64,000 nt of DNA. Origin: Octopus sinensis (taxonomy: Eukaryota). This document shows, piece by piece, positions 1 through 15,288 of the stretch; the first letter of the stretch is position 1, and every line of letters begins with the position of its first letter. The translations under genes were made by a program, and so were the position numbers. The DNA is taken from contig NC_043015.1 in NCBI RefSeq assembly GCF_006345805.1, positions 26,784,001-26,848,000 of the forward strand, read 5' to 3'. The notes below the pieces were generated by a model, which saw only the letters and a program-made list of their open reading frames with translations, was not told the DNA's origin and searched no databases.

Positions 1-249
1 CTATGTCTGTATTATCAGACAATTGCAAAAAGATGTTTAAAGCAAATTCAAAACTCTGCAAAAATCCGGTAAAATTAGCGATGTTTTGAACCATGAAGAA
101 TTATATTGTTATATTGTTATACACACATATACATGCACACAATATATATATATATAGATATATATATATATACACCTATATATGTATATGTGCATGTAAA
201 TATACATACAAACATATATATAACTATATATATATATGTATATATATAT

Positions 250-339
<90 letters not shown>

Positions 340-779
340 TATATATATATGCAATTTTTTCCAACACGCCTGCTAGATAAGTTAAATTTGTCTCAATTTG
401 TCTAAAGTCGTAAAGACACCTGCTGTTATCCTGTTATTACCATTCTTGTTTTTATTTTTATGTTTGTTTTCGTTTTTTGTATTTATATTCGTGTGGCTTC
501 GTCCGTTTTTCTGTCCTTGTTGCGTTTATATTCGTTCCTTTTTCCAAGAAATCTAATGCTCACAGCTTAGTTTTACCTTGGGGCTGGCCGCGTTGGAGCA
601 AATATCAGAATTAATCAGCCGAAATTTGCTATGATGATCCGGTTTCTGACTGAAGATTAAAGGCTTCGAATGACCCGTTTGTTTACTGTGTTCGTCCCTT
701 TATGTATTGCACGTTCTTGTTTCTTTATATATAATTTTTATACCTATATATATATATATGTATATATGTATATATATAC

Positions 780-823
780 ATATATATACATATATATATA
801 TGTATATAGATAGATAGATAGAC

Positions 824-875
<52 letters not shown>

Positions 876-876
876 C

Positions 877-954
<78 letters not shown>

Positions 955-958
955 GATA
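780..958. repeat. (GATA)n microsatellite (others near 10980, 11630, 18465, 54880)
   Basis: Directly visible. Confidence 0.95.
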
Positions 959-1097
959 TAAATATAGATATGGATTTATATGAATTTTGAACTATATATA
1001 CGCTCTTTAACAGAAAGAAACACGAAGAAATAAGCAGAGAGAGAATAAAAGAGCTAGCGGCCATACACACACACACACGTATATATATCTCATATAT

Positions 1098-1141
1098 ATG
1101 TGTGTGTGTGTGTGTGTGTATTATATCTCTATATATTTATA

Positions 1142-1183
<42 letters not shown>

Positions 1184-2400
1184 CATACATACACACACGC
1201 ATACATATACATACATACATACACATACACACACACATTCAGACATACATACATACACACACATACATACATATATATACACACATACACACACACATAC
1301 ATACATAGATACATACATACACAAACATACATATACATACATACATACACACACACATACACACACATACACACACACGCACGCATACATACATACATAC
1401 ACACACATACATACACACACACGTACATACATACATACATACATACATACACACACACATACACACATACATACACACACATACATACATACATACATAC
1501 ATACACACACATACACATACACACACATACATACATACATACATACGCACATACATACACACACATATACACACATACACACACACATACATACACGCAT
1601 GCACACATACATACATACATACATACACACACACACATACATACACACACATACATATACATACATACGTACACACACGCACATACACACATACACGCAT
1701 GCATAAATACATACATACACACATACGTACATACATATATACACACATACACACATACAAACATACACACACATACGTACACACATACATACATAGATAC
1801 ATACATACACATACATATACATACATACACACACACATACACGCATGCACACATACATACATACACATACACATACATACACACACACACTTACACACAT
1901 ACATACATACATACATACATACATACACACATATAAACATATAAACACACATATAAGCCTCTACATTGTACACACATGCACACATATATACATACATTCA
2001 CTCGCACGCACGTACACACACACACACATTTACATATATATACTATACATGCACACACATATACACACGTACAAACACACACAAACTCACATACACACCG
2101 ACAGATATACATACACAATATACACCTATCTGTGCACGCACACATACACATAAACACATGCAAACACACACATACACGTACATACATACACACTCACACA
2201 AATGAACCCACACATACATCCCTACACACACACGCACGTACAAGCATACACGCACACATACACTAGGTTAAGCACAGTTACTCGCCACACACCCAAACTC
2301 TACGCATACACACACGAACACACACATGCACACACACACACACTACAAACAACACACACACATGATACATATACTTACACGCACACACATATACCCCTTT
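1098..2400. repeat. Complex (CA)/(TACA) microsatellite field
   Basis: Directly visible; source of the HT/YI-rich spurious ORFs. Confidence 0.95.
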
Positions 2401-2668
2401 GTTTTTTGACCTGGTTTTGACCTGGCTGGATACAACAAGTGCCACTCCTTTATGACAGCTAGCTTGCTATGCCTATTATTCACCATACATACACACACAC
2501 ACACGCACGCACGCACAAACACACTTGTCATCCTTGCACACACACATACACGCACCCACACACATTTCTTGTCTTTGAAACTCTCTTGTTTTTAAAAATC
2601 ATGATTCGTCTACCTCTCAACTTCTGTTCTTTCAACATGTGATCTCTTGAGCACCACCAGCAAAAATA

Positions 2669-2842
2669 TTTTTTTCCTCTGTCTTCCCCTCTCGGAATCT
2701 TTCCTTCTCCTTGTTTCCGACGAAGAGCTCCGCTCGAAACGTTAAACCCTCCTTCCCTTCTTTCCTTCCCGTCTTTCCTAATACTTTAATTGTTCCACGT
2801 CCTCGCGTTGCTGTGTTTTTTTCTGTGTTTTCTTGTTTGGAT

Positions 2843-2847
<5 letters not shown>
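2669..2847 (+). mobile_element. Solo non-autonomous PLE 3'-end repeat with HHR motif (2713-2747)
   Basis: Shares ccgacgaagagctccgctcgaaacgt and the ...gtttggattaa end with the pLTRs; followed by (TA)n; stem I GTTT/AAAC fully paired. Confidence 0.75.
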
Positions 2848-2883
<36 letters not shown>

Positions 2884-3064
2884 GTGTGAATGTAGATGTG
2901 TATAAGTATGTATATATGAATAGAGGTATGTGCACAATTATACAAAAGTATATGCAAGTACTACAGCAAAAAGAGAACGAATAGAAGTTAAAATGTTTAA
3001 TAAGAATTTTAATCAAGATACATCAGAGTAAAAGGGAAAAAGTAGACCATGCTAAGAAGGATAT

Positions 3065-3101
<37 letters not shown>

Positions 3102-4284
3102 CAGTAGTAGTAGTAGTAGTAGTGGTGGTGGTGGTGGTGGTGGTGGTGTTGGTGGTATTATTATTATTATTAGTAGTAGTAGTAGTTGTATTATTATTAT
3201 TATTATTAGTAGTAGTTGTAGTAGTGAGGGTGGGGTGGGGGTGGGGGTTGTGGTGGGGGTGGTGGTGGTTGGAGCGGTTGTAACAGGGAGACTTAAAATG
3301 AGTAAACTGATAAAATAAGCCGTGTAATAAATTGAAGCAAAAGCAATAAAATTTGGTGAATTCCGAAATGTCGACCTGTGTCTGTCCAGTGTTTTGTTTT
3401 ATTGTATTTAGAGGTACCAGGATACAGTGTGGGGTGCGTGCGTGTGTGCGTGTGCGCGTATCTGTGTGAATATCTAGGAGTGTGCATCTGTCTGAATGAA
3501 TCTTAGTTTAGAATATGAATGTGAAGGAGAGAGATAGAGAAACTGGCGGAGGAAGAGAGAGAAAGAAAGAGGGAAAGAGAAAAAGAGACAGAGAGGGAGT
3601 GAGAAGTAGGAGAGAGGAGGGAAAAGAAACTGAGAGACCGTGGAAAGAGAAATTGAGGGAGAGGCAAAGAAAGATAGAGGGTGAGAACAGAGAGAGAGAG
3701 GAGAAAAAGAAGGAGCCAGGGAGGTAAAGACCGATAGTGGTGGGGAGAGAAAGAGTTTTATTTCAATTCGAATAAGCAGTGATCGATATTTATTGGGTAT
3801 GTCATTCGTTTTCACAACCATTCATAATGATAGACACAAACAAGCACATGAGTAAGAAGGTGTGTGTGTGTTTGTATACCCATGAGTTTGGGTGTAAACA
3901 CGTGCACATGCATATTTACACACATCTCTCTCTATCTCTATCTCTCTCTCTCTCTCTTTATATATATATATATAGACGTGTGTGTGTGGGTGTGTGTTTG
4001 AGTGTGTGTGTGCGTGAATATGTTAAAATAGAAACATTGCCGCTGCTGCTGCTGCTTCTGCTGTGATTTTTCTTTCTTTCCTTCTCGGACCCCATTTTTC
4101 CTTCCTACTTTCTTCTCATTTGATTTTTCGTTAGTTTTAGTTATTTGACAGAATGACAACATCAACAACAATAATAATCGCAACAACAACAAGGGTAGAA
4201 ATATTGCTGCCAAATATAATAATCACAATCATTATCATTCAACTACTACTACTGCTACTAACAATAATAATAATGATAATAATG

Positions 4285-4852
<568 letters not shown>

Positions 4853-4854
<2 letters not shown>

Positions 4855-6460
4855 TCTACGTCTGCCTTTGGTTGGTGCATCCTATTACAACTCAGCAGCC
4901 TGCGTATTTTCCTATCTATATTCTTTACTTCACTCATATTCCAGTTCAACACATTGTAGCTATAAGTAACAACTAGAACTGCTAAGGAATTTATAGCTAA
5001 CACCTTGTTACGTGCATTTAGTTCAGATTTCAGGACTGCACGAACTCTCCTATAACATTCCTTCCTGATCTTCTCTTTTATGCTTGCATGCTGAATACCA
5101 GAGCCTTCATTTATCCCTAAATATTTGTATGAGTTGTAATAGGATGCACCACCCAAAGGCTGCTGAGTTGTAATAGGATGCACCACCCAAAGGCAGACGT
5201 AGATCGCCTTTATCTGCCCAGAGCCCAAGGAGGTCGAGGTCTGATCCAATTTGAACTAGCTTACAAAACAACCACAATTGGACTGGCCAAATATCTCGAA
5301 ATAACGAATGACTGGATGCTAAAGCTCGTGGAAAATCACGAGAGACGAAAGAAGCTTCATTCTATCATAAAGGAAAGCAAAAAATTTGCTATTGATCTCG
5401 TGCAGGATACCCAAACTGAACAACCCGAGGGAAGTACGGCAACTATTGTTGCAAAGAAGGTAAAAATAATGGCAACGAAAAAAGCGCACGAGCAATTGGC
5501 TGATAGGTGGGAGGAGAAACCTCTGCACGGCAAATATGTGGCCCGCGGCAAACAAGCTGATGTTGACCAGAAGCAAACCCATCAGTGGCTACGGAGCTCA
5601 GGGCTAAAAGCAGAGAGCGAAGGTTTCATCCTGGCTGCTCAAGATCAAAGCCTATTAACCCGGAACTACCAGGCCAATGTGATGAAAAATGGAGCAGACC
5701 CAAAATGCCGATTCTGCAACGACATGATTGAAACAGTGGACCACCTAATCTCTGGATGTAAAGTCTTAGCACCAGTGGAGTATAAATTAAGACATGACAG
5801 AGTTCGCCAATATCTACACTGGCTAATAAGTCGGCATTACAATATCAAAACTGCCGACAAGTGGTATAATCACCACCCTGAGGCTGTAACTGAAGGAGAA
5901 AATGTAACCATTCTGTGGGACTTTCCAGTACATACAGACCGAACCATCAAGGCCAATAAACCAGATATTGTTGTGAAAGACCAAAACAATAAAGTTTGCT
6001 GATTGATCGACATGAGCATCCCCTGTGATCATAATATCTCAGCGAAAGAGTTTGACAAGCTCAGAAAATATAAAGACCTACTCATTGAAATTGAGAAAAT
6101 GTGGCATCTCAAGGCGGTTACAATACCAGTGATCGTAGGAGCACTAGGAATGATCAAGAAGGGAACCGAAAATTATATGAGAATGATCCCTGGCTTACCA
6201 TCCCTGCAAGAAGTGCAAAAGATTGTCTTAACTGGTACATCACACGTATTGAGAAGAGCATTGTCGATGTGAGAACTGTTGCTGCTCATGTATTTTAATT
6301 TAACTTTAAAAAAAAAAAAAAAATGAACGAACGAACTATTGAGTTTGGTTTAATGGCCTACCAATGTATACTATGAGTTTCTTTGCCCTAGGAGTCGGGA
6401 AGACACTCGGCAAGAAATGGAAGCAAATTTGAAAGAAGAAAAAAAAAGTAATAATAATAA
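4853..6460 (+). mobile_element. 5'-truncated, 5'-inverted R4/Dong-like non-LTR retrotransposon (RT C-terminus, zinc knuckle, RLE endonuclease)
   Basis: Minus strand 4853-5132 gives SYKYLG..NKVLAINSLAV..NW..IDRKIRRLL. Plus strand 5178-6272 gives HPKADVDRLYLPR..GGRGL, EGFILAAQDQ, CRFC..ETVDHLISGC, RHD, NKPDIVV, IDMSIP, KYKDL, with one in-frame stop at 6000. A-rich 3' end then (TAA)n. Confidence 0.9.
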
Positions 6461-6470
6461 TAATAATAAA

Positions 6471-7026
6471 TGCCCTGATGCAGTACCAGGCAGCGGCTCT
6501 CATGGCTTCTGATCTTAACTGACTGGAAGTGTTATCATGTACATTGTTTTGTCTTGGTATAAAAGATGGACTACAGCAAATATTCTGCTCAATACCACAG
6601 ATTTGCTTGTCAGTTGTTTGACCGTAACCAGTTGAGCATGTCCCTTAGTGGCTGACGATATGTGCATCTCTGATCACGAGCAGAAGTAGTGGGGGAGCAT
6701 CATAGCCATGTGTTGAGATGGATTTTTTGGGGTCTGAATGATTCACCTCGGGAAACATGGGTGTTTCGTTCAACATCCTTAAACAACCCTTAATCAGGGA
6801 CCTTTTCAGTGGGATGGGCTACCCAACCAGAAGAAAATTCTAACTGGGCCCCACCTGCAAGGTCATGCGCTGTTTATCTTGTTATGAGATCACCATGTTG
6901 CGCACATATGGTTGTGATGCATGTGCCTGGTGTACCCTTATAAGACGGGTAGTCATGATGGGTATACTGGGCTTCGTATATTTGTACCCCCGTGTCACTT
7001 TGATGGCATGCACTGCTCTCTCACTC
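6471..7026. repeat. 556-bp non-coding interspersed element, full copy
   Basis: tgccctgatgcagtaccagg...gcactgctctctcactc; other copies at 4385-4854, 8808-9363, 45200-45449; triplet arrays on both sides. Confidence 0.85.
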
Positions 7027-7088
<62 letters not shown>

Positions 7089-8298
7089 GGCAGATGCAGA
7101 CCGCCTGTACCTACCTAGAAGCAGCGGGGGGGGGGGGAGGAATGATGCAATTAGAGCTGTGTAATAGGACCTCAACTGTAGGAATGAACAGGTACCTATC
7201 TAGTACAAAGGACTGAATGCTGCGACTTGTGTGCGAACACGAAAGCAGCAAAAAGCTTCATTCTATTGTCAAGGAAGCTTATAAGTTCGAATGGGAACTA
7301 GACATTAACCTTGAATCAGATGAAGAGCCGGAAACCACTACTACCAAGCAAGCAAAGCGAATCAAGCAGACTGCAAAAAAGAACGGGCAGAATCAAAGTG
7401 AGAGGCGGTGGGGCCAGAATCCCCTGCATGGACAATACATTCTCCGAAGCCAAAATGCTGATGTAGACCAAGCAACAACCCATCAGTGCCTGAAGAGTTC
7501 AGGATTGAAAGCAGAGACTGAAGGCTTCATACTGGCAGCACAAGATCAAAGCTTGTTTACCAGAAATTACCAAGTTAACGTTTTCCGAAACGGTACTGAC
7601 CCTAAATGCAGATTCTGCGACACATTTGACGGAACAATAGACCATCTCGTTTCGGGATGTCCTGTGCTGACACCAAACGAATACAAAAATCGCCACAAGA
7701 GGGTAGGACGGTATATACACTACAAATTCGGCACTCCTGCTAACTGGTATGAACACCATCCTCAGCCTGTTGTTGAAGGTAAAAATGTCACCATCCTCTG
7801 GGATTTTCCAGTCAACACTGACAGAACGATCAAGGCTAATCGACCATACATAATTGTTAAAGACAGTGAAGAAAATACCTGCAGACTAATAGAGGTAAGC
7901 GTCCCCAATGAATATATCTGTAAAGGAATTTGACAAACTTAGTAAATATAAGGACCTGGAAATCTAAATACAAAAGATCTGGAATCTTAAAACAAAAACT
8001 GTTCCTGTTATTGTAGGTGCCCAAGGTATGATAAAAAAGGGATGTCAGAAACATCGGGACAATATCCCTAGAGAACCATGTCTCAAAGAAATCCAAAAGA
8101 TTGTGCTAACAAGTACTGCCCACATCCTTAGAAAAACTCTATCAATGTAAATGTTTGTGTTGTATCACATGGAGATATTTCTCTACTTCCCCTCCCCAAG
8201 CTTTTAGCAATATTTCAACAACTCTTAACCTTCACTTGCCCTAGGGCGCTGGGTGTGTCCCGGCAAGTGATTGCATCAAACATGCAGATTAAAAGTAA
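7089..8298 (+). mobile_element. Degenerate R4/Dong-like LINE 3' fragment
   Basis: KADADRLYLPR, AETEGFILAAQDQ, CRFC..HLVSGC, ANRP, frameshift near 7920, then KYKDL..VPVIVGA; flanked by (TAA)n. Confidence 0.85.
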
Positions 8299-8372
8299 AT
8301 GACAATAATAATAATAATAAGAAGAAGAAGAAGAAGAAGAATAACAACAACAACAACAACAACAATAATAAT

Positions 8373-8742
8373 CTTTTCTACTCTAGGCAGAAGGGGCCTG
8401 AAATTTTGGGGGAGGAGGCCAGTCGCTCACACTGACACCAGAATGCAACTGGTACTTAATTTATCAACCTCGGCGGAATTTGAACTCAGGAAGTAGACAG
8501 ACGAAATACCTATTTTTTTACTACCCACAAGGGACTAAACACAGAGAGGACAAACAAGGACAGACAAACAGATTAAGTCGATTATATCGACCCCAGTGCG
8601 TAACTGGTACTTATTTAATCGACCCCGAAAGGATGAAAGGTAAAGTCGACCTCGGCGGAATTTGAGCTCAGAACATAACGGCAGACGAAATACCGCTACG
8701 CATTTCGCCCGGCGAGGTAACGTTTCTGCCAACTTGCCGCCT
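8373..8742 (-). mobile_element. tRNA-derived SINE (composite, partly duplicated body)
   Basis: Minus-strand head ggcggcaagttggcagaaacg (A-box-like) and gag(t/c)tcaaattcc (B-box-like); cctcggcggaatttga occurs twice. Confidence 0.75.
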
Positions 8743-8760
8743 TGATAATAATAATGATGT

Positions 8761-8803
<43 letters not shown>

Positions 8804-8807
8804 TAAA

Positions 8808-9363
8808 TGCCCTGATGCAGTACCAGGCAGTCTCTCTCGAAGCTTCTGATCTTAACTGATTGGAAGTGTTATCATGTACATTGTTTTGTCTTGGTATAAA
8901 AGATGGGCTACAGCAAATATTCTGCTCAATACCACAGATTTGCTTTTCATTTGTTTGACCTTAACCAGTTGAGCATGTCTTTTAGTGCCTAACGATATGT
9001 TAATCTCTGATCACGAGCAGAAGTAGTGGTGGGGGCATCATAGCCATGTGTTGAGAGTGTTTCTTTGGGGTTTGAATAATTCACCTCTGGAAACATGGGT
9101 GTTTCGTTCAACATCCTTAAACAACCCTTATTCATGGACGTTTTGAGCATGATGGGTTACTCGACAAGAAGAAAATTCTAACTGAGCCCCACCTGCAAGG
9201 TCATGGGCTGTTTATCTTGATACGCAATCACCATGTCGCGCAAATATTTGTTGTGATACATGTGCGTAGTGTACCCTTATCAGACGGGTAGTCATGATGG
9301 GTATACTGGGCTTTGTATATTTTACCCCAGTGTCACTTTGATGGCATGCACTGCTCTCTCACT
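8808..9363. repeat. 556-bp non-coding interspersed element, full copy
   Basis: Aligns end to end with 6471-7026. Confidence 0.85.
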
Positions 9364-9364
9364 A

Positions 9365-9456
<92 letters not shown>

Positions 9457-9477
9457 CTACTGAATAATAATAATAAT

Positions 9478-10140
9478 AAAAGGGATAAGTGCAGAATCTG
9501 TGGACAAAATGGTGAAACCGTATGGCATATTACCAGCCAATGTACGCCATTAGCCCAGAATGAATGTAAGAGACACCACGACAATATAGCAGTGCTTGTT
9601 CATTGGACACTTTGCAACAAGTATGGACTTGACAGAGAAAAAATTTGGTACGACCACAAACCCGAAGGCATTATAGGAAATGATAAAGCAAAGATCCTGT
9701 GGGATTTTATGATTCAGTACGACCATGAGATAGAGAATACGAAGCCAGACATAGTCTTAATTGAGAAAGAAAACAAACTATGCTGGATCATAGACATAGC
9801 ATGCCCAGCTGACAACAAGGTATGCGTTAAGGAAGAAAGAAAAGTCGATAGGTATGACAGGTTAGCTTGGGAGGTAAAGCAGTTGTGGTCGATGAAAAAA
9901 GGTGGTAGTGGTGTCAATAATTGTCGGAGCCCTGGGAACAGTGAGTAAAAATCTCGAGAAGTACATGGAACAAATAGGGGCTGCAATAAGGGTGGAGCAC
10001 TTGCAGAAAACAGCACTGCTTGGAACCGCTCGAATACTCCGGATGATTCTCGAAAAATAAGAGGTGTTTCCTTATTACACTGGTAGTGAACAGGTGACAC
10101 CGCAGTACATCTCCAGCGTTAGAAGCTGTGCAAAGGCAAT
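9478..10140 (+). mobile_element. Degenerate R4/Dong-like LINE 3' fragment (distinct subfamily)
   Basis: ILWDF, KPDIVL, IIDIACP, LGTARILR; (TAA)n on both sides. Confidence 0.8.
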
Positions 10141-10159
10141 AGTAATAATAATATTTTAA

Positions 10160-10800
10160 AAACTAAAATTACTGACAAATGGTACAAGCACCACCCTGAG
10201 GCCGTAACTGAGGGGAAAAATGTATCTATTCTTTGGGACTTCCCAGTATGTACAGATCAGATCACCAAGGCAAATAAATCAGATATTGTTGAGAAAGACA
10301 AAAGTAATAAAATCTGTTTATTGATTGACATGAACATTCCTTGTGACCATAATATCTCGGTAAAAGAATTTGATAAGCTCAGAAAAAATAAAGATTTGCT
10401 CATCGAAATTGAAAAGATGTGGCATCTCAAGATGTTTACAATACCAATGCTTGTAAGAGCACCTGGAATGATAAAAAAAGGAACTAAAAATTATTTAAGA
10501 ATGATCCCATCCATACCGAAAGGTCAAAAGATTGTCTTAACTGGTACGTCAGACGTATTGAGCAGAGAATTGTCACTGTGAACTGTCTTTCCTTTTCCAC
10601 CCCCTTTATTATTTTTTGTTTATTTTCTTATTTTTTTATGTTTTCATTTTTCTCTCTGTCTTCCCTTTTTTCTCTAACACATGACTTTGTAAATGAACAA
10701 TCCGGTGTGTTTATCTTAATGGTCTACCTAATGTATACAGTACGTTTCTCTGCCTTAGGAAGACACTTGGCAAGTAATAGAAATGGAATTCAAAGATGCT
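10160..10800 (+). mobile_element. R4/Dong-like LINE 3' fragment, same family as 5161-6460
   Basis: DKWYKHHPEAVTEG..ILWDFP..IDMNIPCDHNISVKEFDKLRK, closely matching the 5850-6272 protein. Confidence 0.85.
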
Positions 10801-10980
10801 AATGAAAATAATATTATCAGATTTATCAAAACTTATCTCTGACATAATGAAACTAAAACATTTCGCAGTCACACACGTCTCGCGTTTCTTTTGCGGTTCA
10901 GTGTACAGAACTGTTCATGTCATGAATTGTGACAATTTTGAAGAAGAAAGAAAAACAATAGAGAGAAAAAGAGAGAGCGG

Positions 10981-11053
<73 letters not shown>

Positions 11054-11632
11054 GGGGTGAGAGAGAGAGAGAGAGAGGAGGGAGAGAGAGATACATAATA
11101 CATACATACATACATACATACATACATACATACTGAGAGAGAAGCATGAGAGAGAGAAAGAGAGAGAAAGAGACAGACACGGAGACAGAGAGAAGGGGAA
11201 TGTGGAAAGTAAAGTAAATCAAGGAATTGATTAAATAAATAATTGGAAATAAATTAGTCAATAAAGAAATGAACGAAAGACTGAGCATTTACTAAACTGG
11301 TGCAAAATTGAGTTCGCATCATCATCAGCATCATCAACTTCGTCGTCGTCGTCACTATCATCATCATCATCCAGAGTGTAAGTACAGTTGAGTGTGAAAA
11401 ATATATATAATTTAAATTCAATGAAGAACAGGAATTACTTTCAAATTAAGTACAATTAATAATAAACATTTAAATTTCAATGTAAATTAAACAGTTGTTA
11501 ATTGAAAATTTTTAACAGTGAATACGTTAATATAAACGGTTTTATTTTAATAACAATAATGAGAATGAAAATATGTGCATATATATATATATTTATACAC
11601 ACAGACACACACACACACATACATATATATAT

Positions 11633-11713
<81 letters not shown>

Positions 11714-12355
11714 GACTTTTGAGGATGCATGGCCCAGTGGTGTCGAAGTGGCATCGAAGTGAGATGCACTACCCGCTCTAGGAATTGAAACTACAATCTT
11801 GCATTCGTGAATTCAACACTAATTGAATCAATGTAAATATGACGGAGGGAGTGAGCTAAGGCAAAGCTCATGCATTTGATGTGGACGATAAATAAATCAT
11901 ATTTGTGCAGGTCATTCAACAAAAACTGAACTCTCATATCTATCTATCTATCTGTGTGTGTGTGTGTGTGTGTGTGTGTGCTCGTGCACACATGCATACA
12001 CACACAGATAAAAACAACAGCTTTCCGTCCAGCAGAGTACGTCTGCTGAATGCAACTAAGAAAGCATTTGTCGCCAACCTGAAATTATCTTAGAATATAC
12101 ACTTACGTACCGAAAACGAAATCTGTCTGATCGAACCTCCATAATACCGGATTATAAAGCAAACTTTTTTCTTGATAACCACGTGATCACCACTTTACAC
12201 ATAATTACACCAAGTAGATGGTGGCTTTTTTTCATTTATTTTAAGGATATCAATTACATATGATATCGTTTATATCGCGTTGCTGTCTCTTTATTACTGC
12301 TCATACAGTTTATATTTATATATTCATGCATATATATCTTCATGGTACGTATATA

Positions 12356-12391
<36 letters not shown>

Positions 12392-12428
12392 TGTATGTAT
12401 GTATGTATATGTGTGTGTATTATAAATG

Positions 12429-12489
<61 letters not shown>

Positions 12490-13032
12490 TCATACATACA
12501 CACACACACATACACGCCTACACACACATACATAGATACATTCATACATACAAACGTATATAATACTCTTATTTCGTTATTATTTTTTACTTTGTGGTTT
12601 TAGAAATCAGTGATGTGAAAGATATTCGAAAATAAATAGCAATTCTGTGTTTTATGGTTAGCAAGTCTTTAGATTGATATCAAAGAAAGGATTCGATGGT
12701 GGTGCTGGTAGTGTTGGTGGTGGTGTTGTTGTAGAAGTTAGGCAGAACTTTAATGGCTAATAATAATAAAGATTAAAAGATACAACCGAAACCAAAAACA
12801 AAAAAAAAATAAATGAGAAGGGAAGAAAAAAGATCACGGAAATCTTTATCTTCATAGTTGTGCAATTTTAATGGTTAATGAGAAGAAAAATATATATTTT
12901 GGCAAGTATATAAAGGTATATATATATATATATAACTATATATAACACTTGTATAATATATATGTGTGTATGTATATATATATAGAATTAAAAATTATAT
13001 ATAACATGTATATATGTATATATATATACATG

Positions 13033-13076
<44 letters not shown>

Positions 13077-13142
13077 CATGTATATATGTATATATAATAT
13101 ATATATATATATATAATATATATATACATATATACATGTATG

Positions 13143-13190
<48 letters not shown>

Positions 13191-13915
13191 TATATAGTCT
13201 GTGTAAGATTGTACATATTGATTGTTAACCGTGGGTTTAGATAGATAAGAGCAACTACAATAATGGCATAACACTACCACCACTACCAACACCACCACCA
13301 CCAACAACAACAACGGTCTTATTAACGATATCTGGGAACCACTCCATGTGAGGTAGAGAATCTTATTAGTTTAAGTAGGATGAATTACAGTATCCTAAGT
13401 CTGATTGGATTGGTCTGTGAGACAAATAATGGTTACTGAAATGGACATCATGATGCCAGTAATGTCAAGGAGTGGGGACCCTACTCGATGCCATCGATTC
13501 CAAGACCTAATTACTGACACTTTTGATTTACAAAATCATGTTTATCAAAGAGACATTTCTTTAGCAGCAGTTCATGAACTCTCTCGACCTTATAGAAAGA
13601 TCAGGGAAAATCTCGCAGACCCTTTGATATTCTTGAAAACGAAGATGCCCCGATAAAAAAAATTCCGTTCTCTAGACACAAAACTGCGTTTACAGTTTGG
13701 AACATATATACATGTATCTCTACTACCCGTGAACATGCTTATAAAATTGAACACAGAAGTATATATACATATATAAACATATACATGTACCTGTACATAA
13801 ATATATCTTTCTGTCTGTCTACATTTATATCTATATTTATCTATGTCTATCTCTATCTATCACTCTCTCTCTCTCTCTCAAACACCCTCTTTTTCTCTTT
13901 TTCTCTCTATATATG

Positions 13916-13986
<71 letters not shown>

Positions 13987-14380
13987 AATTGAGATTCAGT
14001 CGAATTACGTACTTAAGTTAAAGCACCAAGTCAGTCCGGTATTATCCGCACAACTCGAAGTTAGGAGAATAAAATCAAAATAAGCAGCAGAATATCAAGA
14101 AGTAATGCAGCACGACCGTTTCAAGCGACTCAATTTAATTGAACAATGCAATCACTATATCAATTTAAATGCCGGGCTATGATCAGCTTAACAAATAAAT
14201 ACATATAATTTTAATCAGTCGGACACATTAATATAATTTTACTCAAATACTTTAACAGAATACGAAGATGGAAGAAATCCATGTTGTCGCTATTGTCGGT
14301 AAGAATATACTACACTTCCAAGAAATGCATGAAGCTTACTGGGGTCATAGCTTGCAAATGTTTTTCATTCATTTTTAATT

Positions 14381-14465
<85 letters not shown>

Positions 14466-14799
14466 AATAGTAAAAAGTGAAAAAACTACAGAAGGCTTGT
14501 TTTAAAAGGTTAAAAAATATATATTTGAGTCATTATGTCTGAAGAATGTTATAAATATTTTTCATACAATGACATAGTTTTTGAAGAAATGACCGGTTTC
14601 GCGTTCAGCTTTTCAAATTTCTTACATCGTTATGTTTACGTTGAGAAGTGTGAAGGAGAGTGAAGGAGAGTTCCAGATAAGGGGAGGTAATAAGTGATTT
14701 CTTCCGGTGTAAGGGAGATAATCGCTTAATATTTCTTGCCTTTTTGGGGGAGTGAGTTTCTCTGTATAAGAATGTTGGAATGGTTAAGTTTGGGTTTGT

Positions 14800-15288
14800 A
14801 TTTTTCAATGAAGAATGTTTCCTTGTTTAGTCTAATTCATGTTGGTGCTCCGATAGCACATTGGTAAAATGGAAAGATTTAAAATTGTGTTAGTAGTTGC
14901 TTTGCGCATTTCTCAATGTGCTCACTAAAGAGTATCATTCTGTATTCTGGGAATGCAATCTGTTGTCGATGAAGTGAGCATCTACGTCTGAGTGATAGTC
15001 CCGTGGACCCCACGTAGTTTTGGTGGCAGCCCGAGCATTTTATGACATAAATTATGTTTTCAGAGGCACAAGTAAAATTAGATTTGATCGTGAATTTCTG
15101 TCCCTCTTTGAAGAGGAATTCTGATCCTTCTAGCAGGTTTGGACATGTTGCGCAGTTCGGTCTACCACATTTTTTTACTTTTGCATCCGTAATTTCAGAA
15201 AGCAATTTTGCCTTTGTGAGAATCTTTTTAAGTGATTTAGGTTGTTTGTAGCTTTTAATGATTTGGAATTTCCTTTAATTTTGGGTCC
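14800..15288 (-). pseudogene. PLE GIY-YIG 3' fragment (Neptune-type, AT-rich family)
   Basis: KCGRPNCATCP..SNFTCASENIIYVIKCSGCHQNYVGSTG..RRRCSLH. Confidence 0.85.

Noticed and set aside
93-2420. Long HT/YI/CV-rich ORFs (also 22469-24835 including the 673-aa ORF, 12254-13313, 48974-50880, 54600-54997)
   Set aside because: Translations of CA/TA/TACA microsatellites that happen to lack stops.
6651-6690. CTGACGA inside the 556-bp element as an HHR core
   Set aside because: No stem II-GAAA-stem III arrangement follows.
13405-13656. 83-aa ORF in non-repetitive sequence
   Set aside because: No recognisable domain or splice support; length is within chance.
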